The translations under genes were made by a program, and so were the position numbers. Shown piece after piece: positions 1 to 11,150 of a DNA stretch of 21,411 nt; the stretch's first letter is position 1; the number at the start of each line of letters is the position of its first letter. The stretch is from Psammoneis japonica (lineage: Eukaryota): NCBI GenBank assembly GCA_008632985.1, contig QPGO01000160.1, positions 124,001 to 145,411 of the forward strand, read 5' to 3'. The notes under the pieces were generated by a model, which made no database searches, was not told the origin of the DNA, and saw only the letters and a program-made list of their open reading frames with translations.

Positions 1-157
1 AAGTCAATGCTCAAAATCGATCTCGTGCTACTTCGGATTGAACAGCGACCTAATCCCGATCAAGGCTCCCAAGCCGCTCTGTTGACTGTTGATTGGCCTG
101 ATGCTGCTACCACTATATGGTACTGTACTGACTACTGACGATAGATAGAATAACTAT

Positions 158-697
158 TTGTATCTGTTACTTATTCTATTGCCAATTGCGAGATTGGATC
201 AACCTACTGTTGATGGACGACCTTTTCCCGAGAAGTGTATTTTCGGGAGGCCGAAGCTACTGATTATGGGACGAAACACATTCGATGTTGTTTGTGGTTT
301 CGGAAAGGAGGCTTGGGCATATGGGGAAATGCCCGTTGTGGTGTGGACGAGAAACGTGGATAGCGTCCGAGTGCCCGATTGGTTGCCCGACTCGGTGACG
401 GTTCAATCCGCAAAGTCTCCCATGGAATTATGGAAAGGCTTGGAAACGGAAAAAGGGTTCAAACATGCCTATGTGGATGGTGGAAAAACAATTCAATCCT
501 TTCTTGACGCTGGTTTGATTCATCACCTTACTCTTACTCGGATTCCCATCCTGTTGGGCAATGGCATTCCTCTTTTCCAGGGCAGCACAGAATCGGTCCA
601 ACGCAAGCTCACTCACATCAATACCGAGTCCTACTCGAACGGATTTGTGATATCCAAGTACAGTATTGATTTCGAACCAAGTTCAGCTGTGAAGTAG
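158..697 (+). CDS. Dihydrofolate reductase / RibD C-terminal domain family protein, N-terminus missing (partial or disrupted)
   Basis: Seen: motifs LIMGRNTFD, YVDGGKTIQSFLDAGLIHHLTLTRIPILLGNGIPLF and YSNGFVISKY, which match the bacterial-type DHFR-like/RibD_C family (knowledge). Recognisable homology starts at ~257. The expected N-terminal 'IAxSLDGxIA' segment is absent, the ORF start at 158 is TTG, and the first in-frame ATG (266) lies inside the MGR motif. Confidence 0.8.
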   Translation: MYLLLILLPIARLDQPTVDGRPFPEKCIFGRPKLLIMGRNTFDVVCGFGKEAWAYGEMPVVVWTRNVDSVRVPDWLPDSVTVQSAKSPMELWKGLETEKGFKHAYVDGGKTIQSFLDAGLIHHLTLTRIPILLGNGIPLFQGSTESVQRKLTHINTESYSNGFVISKYSIDFEPSSAVK

Positions 698-929
698 CTT
701 TTATCAAAGTCACCTCTTGGCTCGATCTATCAATGGACGTAGTATTACTTTCTACTGCTCATGCAAAAAGAATGGAATTCAAAGTTCCTGAAACTTCCAA
801 TTACTATTGCAAAGTCCTGCTTCAAGCTATTTCCTGAAATGCGGAGACCTACGACTGGCTAGCGAACTGTTCGCTTTCGTTGTTCCCATGTGTTTTGCTG
901 GCTGCCGTAAAGTCACAATGATGATTCTT

Positions 930-2019
930 CTAATCCAGCTTGATGTCACAACTCATGGGATAGTGATCGCTGAGGTCAATCCCATTAGCATCCTTCGGCG
1001 TTAGGTATTCACACATGGAACTGGATCCCGGCTGGACTGCGTCGTCACTCTTATCGTACAAGACATGATCCAAGGCATACTGATCGTATATTTTGGCAGA
1101 GACTGGGTCAATTAGGTTGTTGTGTTGACCGGATCGTAGGAATAGATCATGCTGCTCGGCTGTAACTTGAAGTCTCCAGCATTTAAATCACTCAGCATAG
1201 TCTCGTAGAGCTGGAGTGTGTTGACCTTGTCTTCATTGAAATCTCCAACCATGAGCACAAGTTCATTTTCCATATCTTGCTCATCGACAAAGGCGCGCAT
1301 TATCTCGTATTGACGCCGACGTGTATCGTGATTTTCAACATCAACATTGGCCACGGTATGAGTGTTAAACACGTTAATCATGATCCCATCCTTGTCAATT
1401 TGAGCGTACAACACACCCTTGTCAGCAGCACATTCAATGGCATCACCACAGGCAGGCTTAAATGACCGAAAGTCATGCCTTACAATGGGATATTTGGAGA
1501 ACAGTGCCAAACCAGACCCAAAGCTTCCACGATTGTCATACATGTAGTGGCAATAACCCGCTGCAATCATCCCATCACGGATTGTATCGACTGCAATCCA
1601 CGCTTCCTGCACAGCGACAATGTCGTAGGATGGAGAAGATTGAGCAATAAACCATTCACCAATTCGGGTGGCTCGACCCTCGAGTGACAAAACACCGTCG
1701 GAGGCCAGTAGGAAGAGGTAGAGATTGTAGCTCAATGCTGCAAGTGTAGAAGCGTTGTCCTTCGTACCATCTGGCGCGATGCAATTGTCGGCAGTGCCCT
1801 GTTGAAACGTGCAATGCTCCTTGCCTTTCTTTTTGCAAATGCGGTACCACGCATCGTCGTTGCATACCTCCTTGGAGAAGAAACTCCAAACGCAGCAGCT
1901 GCTTTCACATTGATCGCTGTTAGAGCATTCGCTGCCATTGACAAGCAGTGTTTGGCCGCAGCGGTGGCAGTCGGAATAACAATGCTGAGAAAAAGAAGAG
2001 CCAGCTGTGAGGACTTCAT
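930..2019 (-). pseudogene. Secreted endonuclease/exonuclease/phosphatase (sphingomyelinase C-like) gene with two frameshifts
   Basis: Seen: ATG at 2019 gives a signal peptide (MKSSQLALLFLSIVIPTATA). A frameshift at ~1955 leads into an open frame with a Cys-rich module (CSNSDQCESSCC...C..C..C) and then SYNLY, DIVAVQEAW, GSGLALFSKYPI, ADKGVLY, NVFNTH and VGDFN. A second frameshift at ~1120 leads to ALDHVLYD...LSDHYP and TAG at 932-930. These are the canonical EEP/neutral sphingomyelinase motifs in order (knowledge). Confidence 0.85.
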
Positions 2020-2749
2020 ACTGTATGTGCCGTTTTGGAAGTAACAGACGTTTACTGCTTGATGCTGAATTTGTGTGTATTTTTCACTTTCAAGCGTTCC
2101 ATGTCGCGTCACCATGGAACCAGCAGATCCCGAAAATGTCGAAATCAGTGCGTTGAGCTGGCGTTGAGTCGAAAGCAAGAACACATGTTTCAAAAATTAG
2201 GGTGTTGTATGTCCATTAAAAGCATAAGGTGCTGAAAGCGCAATGTTCTATCAGATGCGACATTTATCACTACGGCACTGTAGATGCGTGCTTGCTTTCA
2301 ACGGTTTGAGACGTCCGGTGTGCGGCCATTGCCGCTTCCTCGAACAGTGCAGCTGACTCCAGTTCTAACGTCTAAAAGTGGTGGTGGAGGTCCATTTGCG
2401 GAGCTCGAGCTCCAGACCCAATCACCAGGAGCCTGGCAAGCTTGGCTCCCAGGGTGGGCGGGAGGGTCCTTTTGCCATCCAGCCATTGTTGTTGCAACAA
2501 CAGCAACAGAGTGAGGCACTCTCTGCTGTGCGAGATTGGACCGGGACACCGCTGGGTGCAACAGTGCCTCATCAGCAGTGCCAAGCAAAGACTTGGGAGA
2601 TGGAACAGGATCTTGGAGCTCTTTTGTGGTGCAGGATCCAGCCCATTGTCTTGGCAAAAGACAGCCCCCAGGCAGGTGCACGCCACAGAGCCAGCACCTT
2701 TTAGCGGCGCTGGCGCGAAAAGGCGCGACTCCTCCTTTGACATCTTGTT

Positions 2750-4756
2750 GTGCAATGTGGAGGTCACAGCTGAAAGCATTGGCCATGTCAGGGTCTCACA
2801 AGTTCTTGATGGAGCCCGGCAGACAGTCCTTGAGGGCAAGACAGTGGCACTGGTTGTCATTGGTGTGGGGCACTCATGTGCAGGATGGCTGTCGTGGGCT
2901 TGGGTGTGGTGGCAGAACCTTCGCAATGCCAGTGCATGGTGTTGAGATTCTTGTCCGTGTTGTCTTTGGCAAGGGGGTGTTCACAGACATCAAAACAGTG
3001 GGCGCTGGCATCTTGGTGCTGCGCGAGCCCACCAACGAGCTCAAGGTCAGAGTTTGTGACAGCGCCATGGGGGCTGGACCTTGCAGTGAGCATGCAGTGG
3101 ACAGATGTTGGAAGTGTGCATTGCCATGCAATGGGGGGCTGGCACAGTGGGCACTGCTGCAGTGATGTTGCCATTGTGCAGTTTCTGCAAAGTGACATCG
3201 TGGGGTGCAACAGATGCACTGGGGAGCCACACCCCTCTCCGGCTCCTGAGCTGGAGGCATTGTGCAATCCAACAAGCACCAGCTGGAGTGCCGCAAGCTT
3301 GCACAGGTGTGTGGAGCACAAGGGAAGGTCACAGTGCATGTTGGACAGTGCTTGGGTGGAACCCGTCGTGGAGGCAGAGCTGGTTGTGCTCTTGTTGGCA
3401 CATCGGGCTTGCAGGTGGCTGAATGGACCTCCTGCTCCCAGGATGGCCCGTGACATGGAGCAAAGTTCTCCCAAAAGGCTGTGCCATTTGCATGGGGACA
3501 GTCTTTTTTGTGTGGGAGGTGTGGAGGCCAAGAGGTTGGCACCAAGGTGGCAAAGGCAATGTGGTGGCAGCATGATCATTGCAGCAATGGCGTCAATGAG
3601 CCACCCAAGAACAGCTTTGCAGGTTTCCCAGGAGGTGCCCCCCTTGAGGAGTTTCTTGATGACCAAGACAGGGTCAAGCCTGTTTGGGGAGTCATGGGAA
3701 TCAAGTGGCTGGAGCACATTGTGGATGGCATGCGTGAGGATGCAGCACACTTTGTTTGGTTGGCATGAACTGCCTTGCACTGTGACAATTGAGTCATCTG
3801 CAAATGTGTGGATGAGGTGGCCAACTGGCAGGCTTGCCATGATTGCAATGCAGGGTCTCATTGGGACACATGTGTGCATTGGTTGGCATTGCTGACAGCA
3901 GCAGGGTTGATGGTGTTGGAATGGGCCAGAGACTGCAGGTCAGCAGCTGCTTCAGCATGAGCTTGTTGATCAAGTAGATGGCAAGGTGTGTGGCACCACT
4001 TGAGGATGCGGCGGTGGTTGGCTGCATTGGTGATTGTCTCTGTGACTGTGCAGAATCAGGGTGGTGATTCTGTCCAGCCCACACTGTCATGGACTGCTCC
4101 TGCCATGGTCTCAACCAAGCAACCATCTGGTGGCTCTCCTCCCCGTGGGAGAGGCAATGCAGTTCGGCCAAGCCCTGGAGCATCTCATCACCCAAGTTGT
4201 GCATGCTGACCCACCATGGTCTGACATGTGGCTGAAGCTCGGAGTTGCATTCCCAGCACTTGATGGTGAAGAGCCTCTTGTTGCAGCATTCCCCTGTGGT
4301 CGTGCTTGGGCACCACACCAGTGGGGTGGACACAAAGGTTTGGCAGGTGTCAGACCTTGCTGTGAGGCAGGACCATCCACGCTGCCTTTTCAACTGTGTC
4401 CGCCATTTTGCTGTGAAGGCAGTCTCAGAACTTGCAAGCCAACTTGTTGCAACGGCAGCATCCTTGCACACTTGGCTCCACTGAGCAGTCTGCATCAGTG
4501 CGGGCACACCACAATTGCCCAACTGACATGCCAACTGTCAGGCCAGGTGTTGTCCCAGATGGTGGCAGTTGGCAAAGCCACTGTGGCCCTGATGATGGCA
4601 GAAAAGTGTGGTTGAGTCAGAATTCTTGAGCAGGTCAACATCTCTTCTGACAATCTTGCCCAGTTTGTCTGCAGTGGACCAGGCCACCTCAAGCACTGGT
4701 GGGTCTAATTTGCAGCACTTGGGGGTGGCGCCTGGCCCAGAGTGTTGCTGTGTCAC
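2750..4756 (-). pseudogene. Reverse transcriptase-RNase H (pol) remnant of the DIRS-like element, with an internal inversion at ~4078-4294
   Basis: Motifs are spread across ORFs 4538..4756(-), 3794..4534(-), 4061..4615(+, inverted piece) and 2857..3879(-), with many frameshifts. Confidence 0.75.
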
Positions 4757-5978
4757 TTGCAGCTGAGAGAAGCAACCAACTGCACATTGGCAATGCTGGG
4801 CACTGCCAAATTTTGCATGATCATGTCCAACTGTGCATTGAGAGCTTGCTGGAATGTGGTGACCTCTTCAGTGATGCATCCAACTGTGTGCAGGTTGACA
4901 CCTTCCGACAGGTCATCAGGCAGCAATGAGCTGTGAAGTGCACTTTGGTGATTTTCTTGGACAGGGCCTGCAACACCTCAATGGCAAAGAGCCCACAGCC
5001 AAGCTGCTCACTTGCATCTTGCACATGGGCCTGGATGGTGGTGCATGTGTTGCCTTTCTTTGCCTGAGCAGTGGCAGTGCAGACCACTGCAAGTCTTGTT
5101 CTCATTCAACCTGGCAGCACTGCATGCTTTTTAGTGACTTGTGCAAAAACAGTTGCCAGCGGTGCAGAGCTCTTCTCCAGGTTTTGGCATTGCTGGTCCT
5201 CCAGGCACACCATGTGCACATTTTTGGTCACGAGTGTGTCAAGTCCTGCTGCAATTTGTTGTGCCCCAGCAGCCAGGGGTGTCACAACAGTGAGATCTGG
5301 AAAATCCCCAAAGACCAAGGCGCGCTGATGTGCATTGAACAGCTGTGTGTCTTGAGGGGTGACTGTGGGGTGGCAAGTTGGGTGCCTGCACCACACTGGA
5401 CAAAATGGCTGGTTTGCTGCCTGGTGAGTCAAGGCACAATGCAGCCAATCAACAAAGGGTTGGCAGTCAGCCACTTCAACACAGTTCTCCATGGCACCCC
5501 AAATGCTCTCCCAAGCTTGCCAGGGCATGAGTCCATCACCAAAGATGGCAAGGTGGCACTTCTTGTTGGGCAAGAACATGGCTCTGCAGACTCAAATGAC
5601 ATTGGTGTCTTGGTTGTTGGGGTCGAAGGGCCCTGCCATGTCCAAGCCAGGATCAGCAGCCAACAGTTGATCCATCAGTTGAGGGGACAGAACCCTCATG
5701 GCATTTGCAATGTGACAGGTGTTGTTTGGCCACAAGACTGATTGGGGTGCTTGGTTGTTGCACACATTGCCCACAAAGGTGCAGGCATTCCCATTGAAAG
5801 GCAAGGCTGCCATGCCCAAACACATGGGGTGTGGTGTGTGACATGGTGATGGCCTTGTGTGATGTTAGGATGAATCCTCTGCTGCAGTGTTGGGCTCTTC
5901 AATTGGCAGCATCTGTGGCATGGCAGTGGTGTCAGCATTGCTGGCATTGCAGACCACAGCAGTTGACTCTTGTGGAGT

Positions 5979-6002
5979 GGGGGGGGGGGGGGGGGGGGGG
6001 GG
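5979..6002 (+). repeat. Poly-G homopolymer (24 nt)
   Basis: Seen directly. It reads as poly-Pro on the minus strand. Confidence 0.95.
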
Positions 6003-6180
6003 TGCAATTCCTTGCAAGGGGACATCACAGGCAGCACAGGCTGTGGCACATTGATTCTGAAAGGGGTCCTTGGCAGCATCAGGAAGCAGCGGTGGCAGGG
6101 CACCACTGGTGCTCCCAATGCTGCACATTGCACTGGTTGAGGCTGTGGCTGCATGGCAAGTGGCACCCCTTGTTGCACAG

Positions 6181-6207
6181 GTTGCTGCTGCTGCTGCTGT
6201 TGTTGTT
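6181..6207 (+). repeat. (GCT)5(GTT)3 trinucleotide tract
   Basis: Seen directly. It reads as poly-Gln or poly-Ala/Thr on the minus strand. Confidence 0.85.
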
Positions 6208-7049
6208 GAAGTTGAGCTGCAGGTTGAGCACCCACTGCTCCTGCAGCAGCAGGTGAGCCATGGCAATTGAGGATGAGCAAAGGGGAAGGTCATGTCTGGG
6301 CAGGTTCTGTTGTGATCCTTTGACTGTCCAATCCGCAGTTGGCAAGTGGTGAGCAAGAGGAGGTTCACTCTGCAATGGACAGACTCAAGCAGATCAACAG
6401 CCCTTTCTTGATCTTTCCTGTTCTGCAGTGTTCAAATGATGTTGAACTTCAGTTGTGTCATCAGACAACCACGAAGGCATGAATTTGATCTCATGCACAT
6501 GTGGCAGTGTGCTGCCTGGAAAAGTGCCGTGACTGCATGCATGATGTTCACCCACACATTTTCAATGTGTTTGCTGTGACTCCCAGATTTTGAAGAGTTG
6601 CACACAAATGGCACTTTTCATGTGTGCTTGACAACAGACTGAGAGTGATCCACTGTCTGCACAGGAATGGCCTGCTCACTGAGACCCCACCCCACACACA
6701 CACTGGGAGAATTGCAATCCTGGTGAGAGGAGGAGCGCTGTTTGGCTGGGGTGAAGAACAGTGCAGTGCAGTGGTGAGTCACTTCCACCACCTGAAACAT
6801 GTGTTGAGCAGTGGCAGCCAGTGAGCATGTCCAAATGACTGAATGATGGAACCTGGGCAACATTTTTTGTCAGAACATTGCCGCAGTTTGCTGCAGTGTC
6901 AATGCAGTCCTCCAATCACACAAGATCTTGCTCTGTCCATTCCCAAAGAGCAAAGTGATGAATGTCAACAATGTGTCAAGAGTGTGGCATGGTGCACAGG
7001 CTGACTGGTGTTGGCCATCACAAGGGATGACAGAAAATGAAGATGTCCA

Positions 7050-10000
7050 GTGGAAGAAAGGCAACGCTCCTTGCTGCTGTCCAAACAGCAGACAAGTTTT
7101 TGTGCAGAGACCATTGTGCAAGAGCCAACAGACATGCATTGTGAAATCAGCTCCACCATCATCATTTTTCAGAGCTCAAGAATGTCAGAGGCAATCACCT
7201 CACAAACACAATGGAGTGACAGGGTGGGGGGGTGTGACTTGTGTGACTTGGTGTGTTGGATGGCGGCACTGTCAACAACCAACCAGTTGTCACCAAACAT
7301 GTGGCTCATGTCGTAGATTGGGGCACAACAAATTTCGACATGTGGGTTGGCTGTGGCCTCAATGGCAGCTTGTTGCTTCTTGGGGAGCCAATCCACAGGG
7401 AACTTGTTGACGAAATGGATGATGCCCATGATGGGGCACCCCACAAGCATGAAATGGAAGAGGCTTGCATCATTGACACAATGAGTCATGGTGACAAACT
7501 TGCCAAGGGGCTCATGGGCATCTTTGGGAAGCAGTTCCTCCACATTTCCATGTGTGGTGTGCACCCACCAGCACACTGGCTTCAAGCTTGCATTCATCAG
7601 GTTGGGTCCTCTCAAGATGATCCATGGAGTCTTGCCATTTGTGTTTGTCATTGCACGCATCATCAAGTGCCATGATGGCATGCTTGCAGCTCCATGGAAC
7701 TTTGCAACCACACTTGCAACAAGGTGCAGTGCAGAAAGAACACAACTTGGCTTGATTGGCTGCATGCAGAACAGGACCTTCTTCTGGTGCCTGGCTGTGG
7801 CATGGAAATGCATCCAACCTTCAGCACCCAGGAGGCCATTCTCATGAGCACCACTGCCTTCATGACTCTCAAGTCTGACAAGCAATGGCACATGTGGCAC
7901 ACTTCTCTCATTGAACAAGTTTGAGCCCAGGATGTGGAGCACAATTTGGGCTCCACATGTCAACCTGTGGCTCCCAAAAACAAGCAGCTGTTTGCTGAAC
8001 AACAGAAGCACAAGTCATTTGTTTTTGAATGCATCTTGCAAACTGACAAGGGAAGGGTGTCTGATGCCCAAGCCATGCATTGCAAGCTTTCTGTGTGTGC
8101 AACCTTGACTCCACTCATGCATTGCTTGAGTCATTGATGACCCTGCTCACCCACCTCACCACTGCTTGTCTTGGTGGTGACCTCATCACTGCTTGTCTTG
8201 GTGGTGATGGCACATCATGGAAGGGACCCATTTGTGGCTTCATCCTTCACTGGCAGGACAGCTGCACAAGTTCAAGGCTCTGACCCCATCTTCTGATCAC
8301 TTCTCTCCTGGACAGAAGTTTGTCATGCAGGAGAATGTGGCTCACCCCATTGCAGAGCTTCGCTCTGTCAAGAGTCAAGCCAATCAGCATCACAGACAGA
8401 GTGGGAACAGCCTTGCACTTGTGATCATCATTGTGAGCATCTGCTCCTTTCCAGGGTCCTGCAACTCCCAACAATGTGCCCAAGCATCATGCAGCCAGTG
8501 GCCATTTCTTTGAATGGTGCAAGAATGGTGACTGATGCTCCACAGGGTCCTGTGGATGCAAGAATGTCAAGCATTTCTACTCTGTTGGCTCAGTGGTTGC
8601 AGCCAACAAGGGTTCTCAAGCCACCCCACCCCCCATTGGATGTGGCTTGAGCAGACTGGACTCAATGGCATGACAGTGCAGAGTGAACTGATGGCATGCA
8701 TCAGAACACCAGAAATGGAAGCTGCCATGCCCAAGAATCCTTCATTCCTGGAGCATGGAGCATTGACAAGAAAGGTGCAGCAGCATTGTCTGGCAGTCAT
8801 TGAGCAGCAATGGATGGCGTGCCAAAACACAGCACAGATGCAAGCCAGTGATGTGATCCTTCATTGCCATTTTGTCTTTGGGCTGACAGGGGTCTCATCC
8901 TGCCTTCTCCTCAATGACAGGAGTGCAGCTTAAATGGAAGAACCTTCATTGCCAACAATGGCATCAGAATCATGCTGATGCATGGATTTCTTCACCTCTG
9001 GATTGTGACAAACCAATCCCAGCACATCCAACTCACTTCGCCACTTGACTCAAACACACTTGTGAGCACTTCTGTCATCACATGTGGCATGTCTTCTAAA
9101 AGTCATGCTTCAGAGAAGTCTCCCAAAGAATGGCAGTTTTCTGAGCATTGCAGGGTCCCACTGCAGTCATCACAGGGATCCAAGCATGCTCATGAACAAA
9201 AATGCCTCTGGCTTCTGAAAAGAAACCCATTTTGGCCCCACCTTTCTGACACAGGGATCTTCTCAAACCAAGCAGACAACATGCACCACACCAGCCCTGA
9301 ATGCTGCACCTTGTGCTGCAGTCAGTTTCAGACCACCACAGATGGCATTTTCCCCACTTTTGATGCTCATTGCAAAAGTTGACACATGTGTGGAAATGGG
9401 TGCTGCTTTTGGTGCCCATGGAGACAGGTGCCCAACAGTTTGCCACAGCAGCAAAATCTCCCCTCCATCAACTGTGTGGGCACAAAGAAGCTTGTTTGGC
9501 CTGTCAACACTGAACCAAACGGCCTCCATCCATGACGCATGTTCAACAGAAGCTTGCATCTTTGGCCTGGACAAGGAAGAATTGGTGAGCGCCAGCCATG
9601 ACTCTGTGCTTTTGCTTGTTGCACCACAATTTGATGACAGCAATGTGCAGAGGCTTTTGCCCACTGCCAACTGAGCTGGGTTGCAAGTCACCACATCCTG
9701 GTGCAGATTTGACCCTCACTCTCAATTTGCAGTGAACCTGCATCAAGGGCCTCCAATGCATTGATCCTGTCTTCTGGCAATTCCATGGTTGCTGCGCAGC
9801 ACTGTTTGGAATTTCTCCACACCTTGACAGGACGAGGAATTGAATCTTGACATCTGCTTCATTGTTGTTGATTCATCCCAACATGTCATGCTGCAGGTCC
9901 TGTGCCAACCAACTGATGCGGGAAGGCCACCGGCCTGACAACACGGCAGACAGCAAAGGCTCAAGGCTGGATGTCAAGCATTGCTTCTTGAATCAGCAGG

Positions 10001-11150
10001 GTCAACTTTGTTTCAAGCAGCCAGAGATTCGCCATTGGGTTCTGTGATCAGCAAGCAAATGGCACGCACAAGAGCAGAAACAGCACTCACAAGAAGCTCA
10101 CCTGACACATTGGAGACAAAAAGCCCTTGGTGTGCTGGCATGGTCCCCAGCATTCTTTCACTTGCAGGCCAACCTCTGCAGGATGATGAGAGATCTGCCA
10201 CCTCCATCAGTTGGGGTGGGTTGTGCATCACCTCTTTGACAATTTCTCCCAACACAGGAACCTCAGGAATTGCTTTGATGTCGCTTCTCATGATTTGGAG
10301 AAGTGCGTTGCACACCCCCTGCTGTGTCCCCCAAACATTGGCTGCACCACCCAGCACACCAACATGAGGAGGTGCGCCACATTTGTTGGCAGATTGAGGG
10401 AGCGAGCAACCCAGACTGGCCATTGGCAGTGCGGCGCTGTTCCACAGGCAGCCTGTTTCACATCATGGAGCTGGCATTTGGCAAGTCTGTCCAACCAAAC
10501 CCATGACCCAGCTCTGCTCAGCAATCCCAGGGTTTGTTCCAAATTTTCAAAAGACTCCAAAGCCCCTTGCTGACAACATTGTGCTTGTGACAATCCATGC
10601 GCACATGAGCGGGTCTTTTGTGTCCCAGAAATTTCCCAAACTCAGAGGGTCCCACACTGGCTCCAATCACAAGCACTTGTGGTGGGGTGAGACTGGTGGT
10701 TTTCTCTGCACTTTGCCTGGCCACCTTGATGGTTTGTTTTCCATGTCGACCGACTCCAACTCATTGGTTGTCATGGCCAAAGAGAGCTGTGGGCCTTCTT
10801 GAGACTTGGCAGATGGCAGATGGAAGCAGCTCAACTGAGATGAATGAATTCTTCCCTTTTTCATGCTTGTGACTGATGCCTGTCTTCCTTCCACCATGAT
10901 CCATGTCCATCAAAAGAGTTGCTTGGCATCATTTTGCCACGGTGCACTTGGCATCTCCAAAATCGACAAGACCACTCAAGGTGGGGTTGTCGCCAATGCC
11001 AGGATGGCATTTTCTGCTGCAAGCAAGTTTGGCTTCCATTGACAAGTGCTGTTTCATTTTTTCCAAGTTTTTCCACATGGATCAGTTCTTCCTCTCCTGG
11101 TGGTTTGGCATGACCAAGAGATTCTTCCAAGCTGATGATGTGGCATGAGC
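7050..11150 (-). mobile_element. Degenerate Ty1/copia (CoDi-like) LTR retrotransposon pol remnant: PR-IN-RT-RNase H
   Basis: Seen: a clear CoDi-type RNase H region at 7169-7560 (ELLPKDAHEPLGKFVTMTHCV.DA...GIIHFVNKFPVDWLPKKQ...HMFGDN.LVV...LSLHCVCEVIA). Weaker remnants of RT (DSSNA, AMHGL ~8060-8135), integrase (~9800-10400, LITEP, EKFQTVLR) and protease (TALVNGS ~11040) lie in copia order. LTRs were not identified. Confidence 0.8.
8154..8207 (+). repeat. 27-bp tandem duplication (1 mismatch), each unit with a 7-bp internal inverted repeat
   Basis: Seen: cctcaccactgcttgtcttggtggtga / cctcatcactgcttgtcttggtggtga. The arms tcaccac...gtggtga are perfect in unit 1. Confidence 0.9.

Larger units (their letters stand above)
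4800..6280 (-). pseudogene. gag-like ORF1 remnant of the DIRS-like element
   Basis: Seen: protein-like fragments (PFNGNACTFVGNV..NQAPQSVLWP; LLAADPGLDMAGPFDP; GLMPWQAWESIWGAM...DCQPFVDWL) upstream of pol on the same strand, with a low-complexity Pro/Gln/Ala N-terminus. The gag assignment is inferred from position. Confidence 0.5.
2300..6380 (-). mobile_element. Degenerate DIRS/Ngaro-like (tyrosine-recombinase class) retrotransposon remnant: gag-like ORF plus RT-RNase H
   Basis: Seen in minus-strand frames: WMVLPHSKV..LPNL..HPTGVVPKHD, GWTESPP.FCTVTETI, HTFADDSI (YxDD-derived), KKLLKGGTSWETCKAVLGWLID, KWHSLLGELCSMS, NASSSGAG (DAS.GAG) and TNSDLELVG. These fit the RT/RNase H of YR-class retroelements (recalled consensus). 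I did not identify a recombinase domain or terminal repeats, so ends are approximate. Confidence 0.75.

Noticed and set aside
6380..7050. LTR of the copia element or terminal repeat of the DIRS-like element
   Set aside because: I found no matching second copy near 2300 or 11150-11900 by eye, and no convincing PBS or PPT.
8154..8207. CRISPR-like palindromic repeat
   Set aside because: Only two adjacent units, no spacer, eukaryotic TE context and no cas genes.
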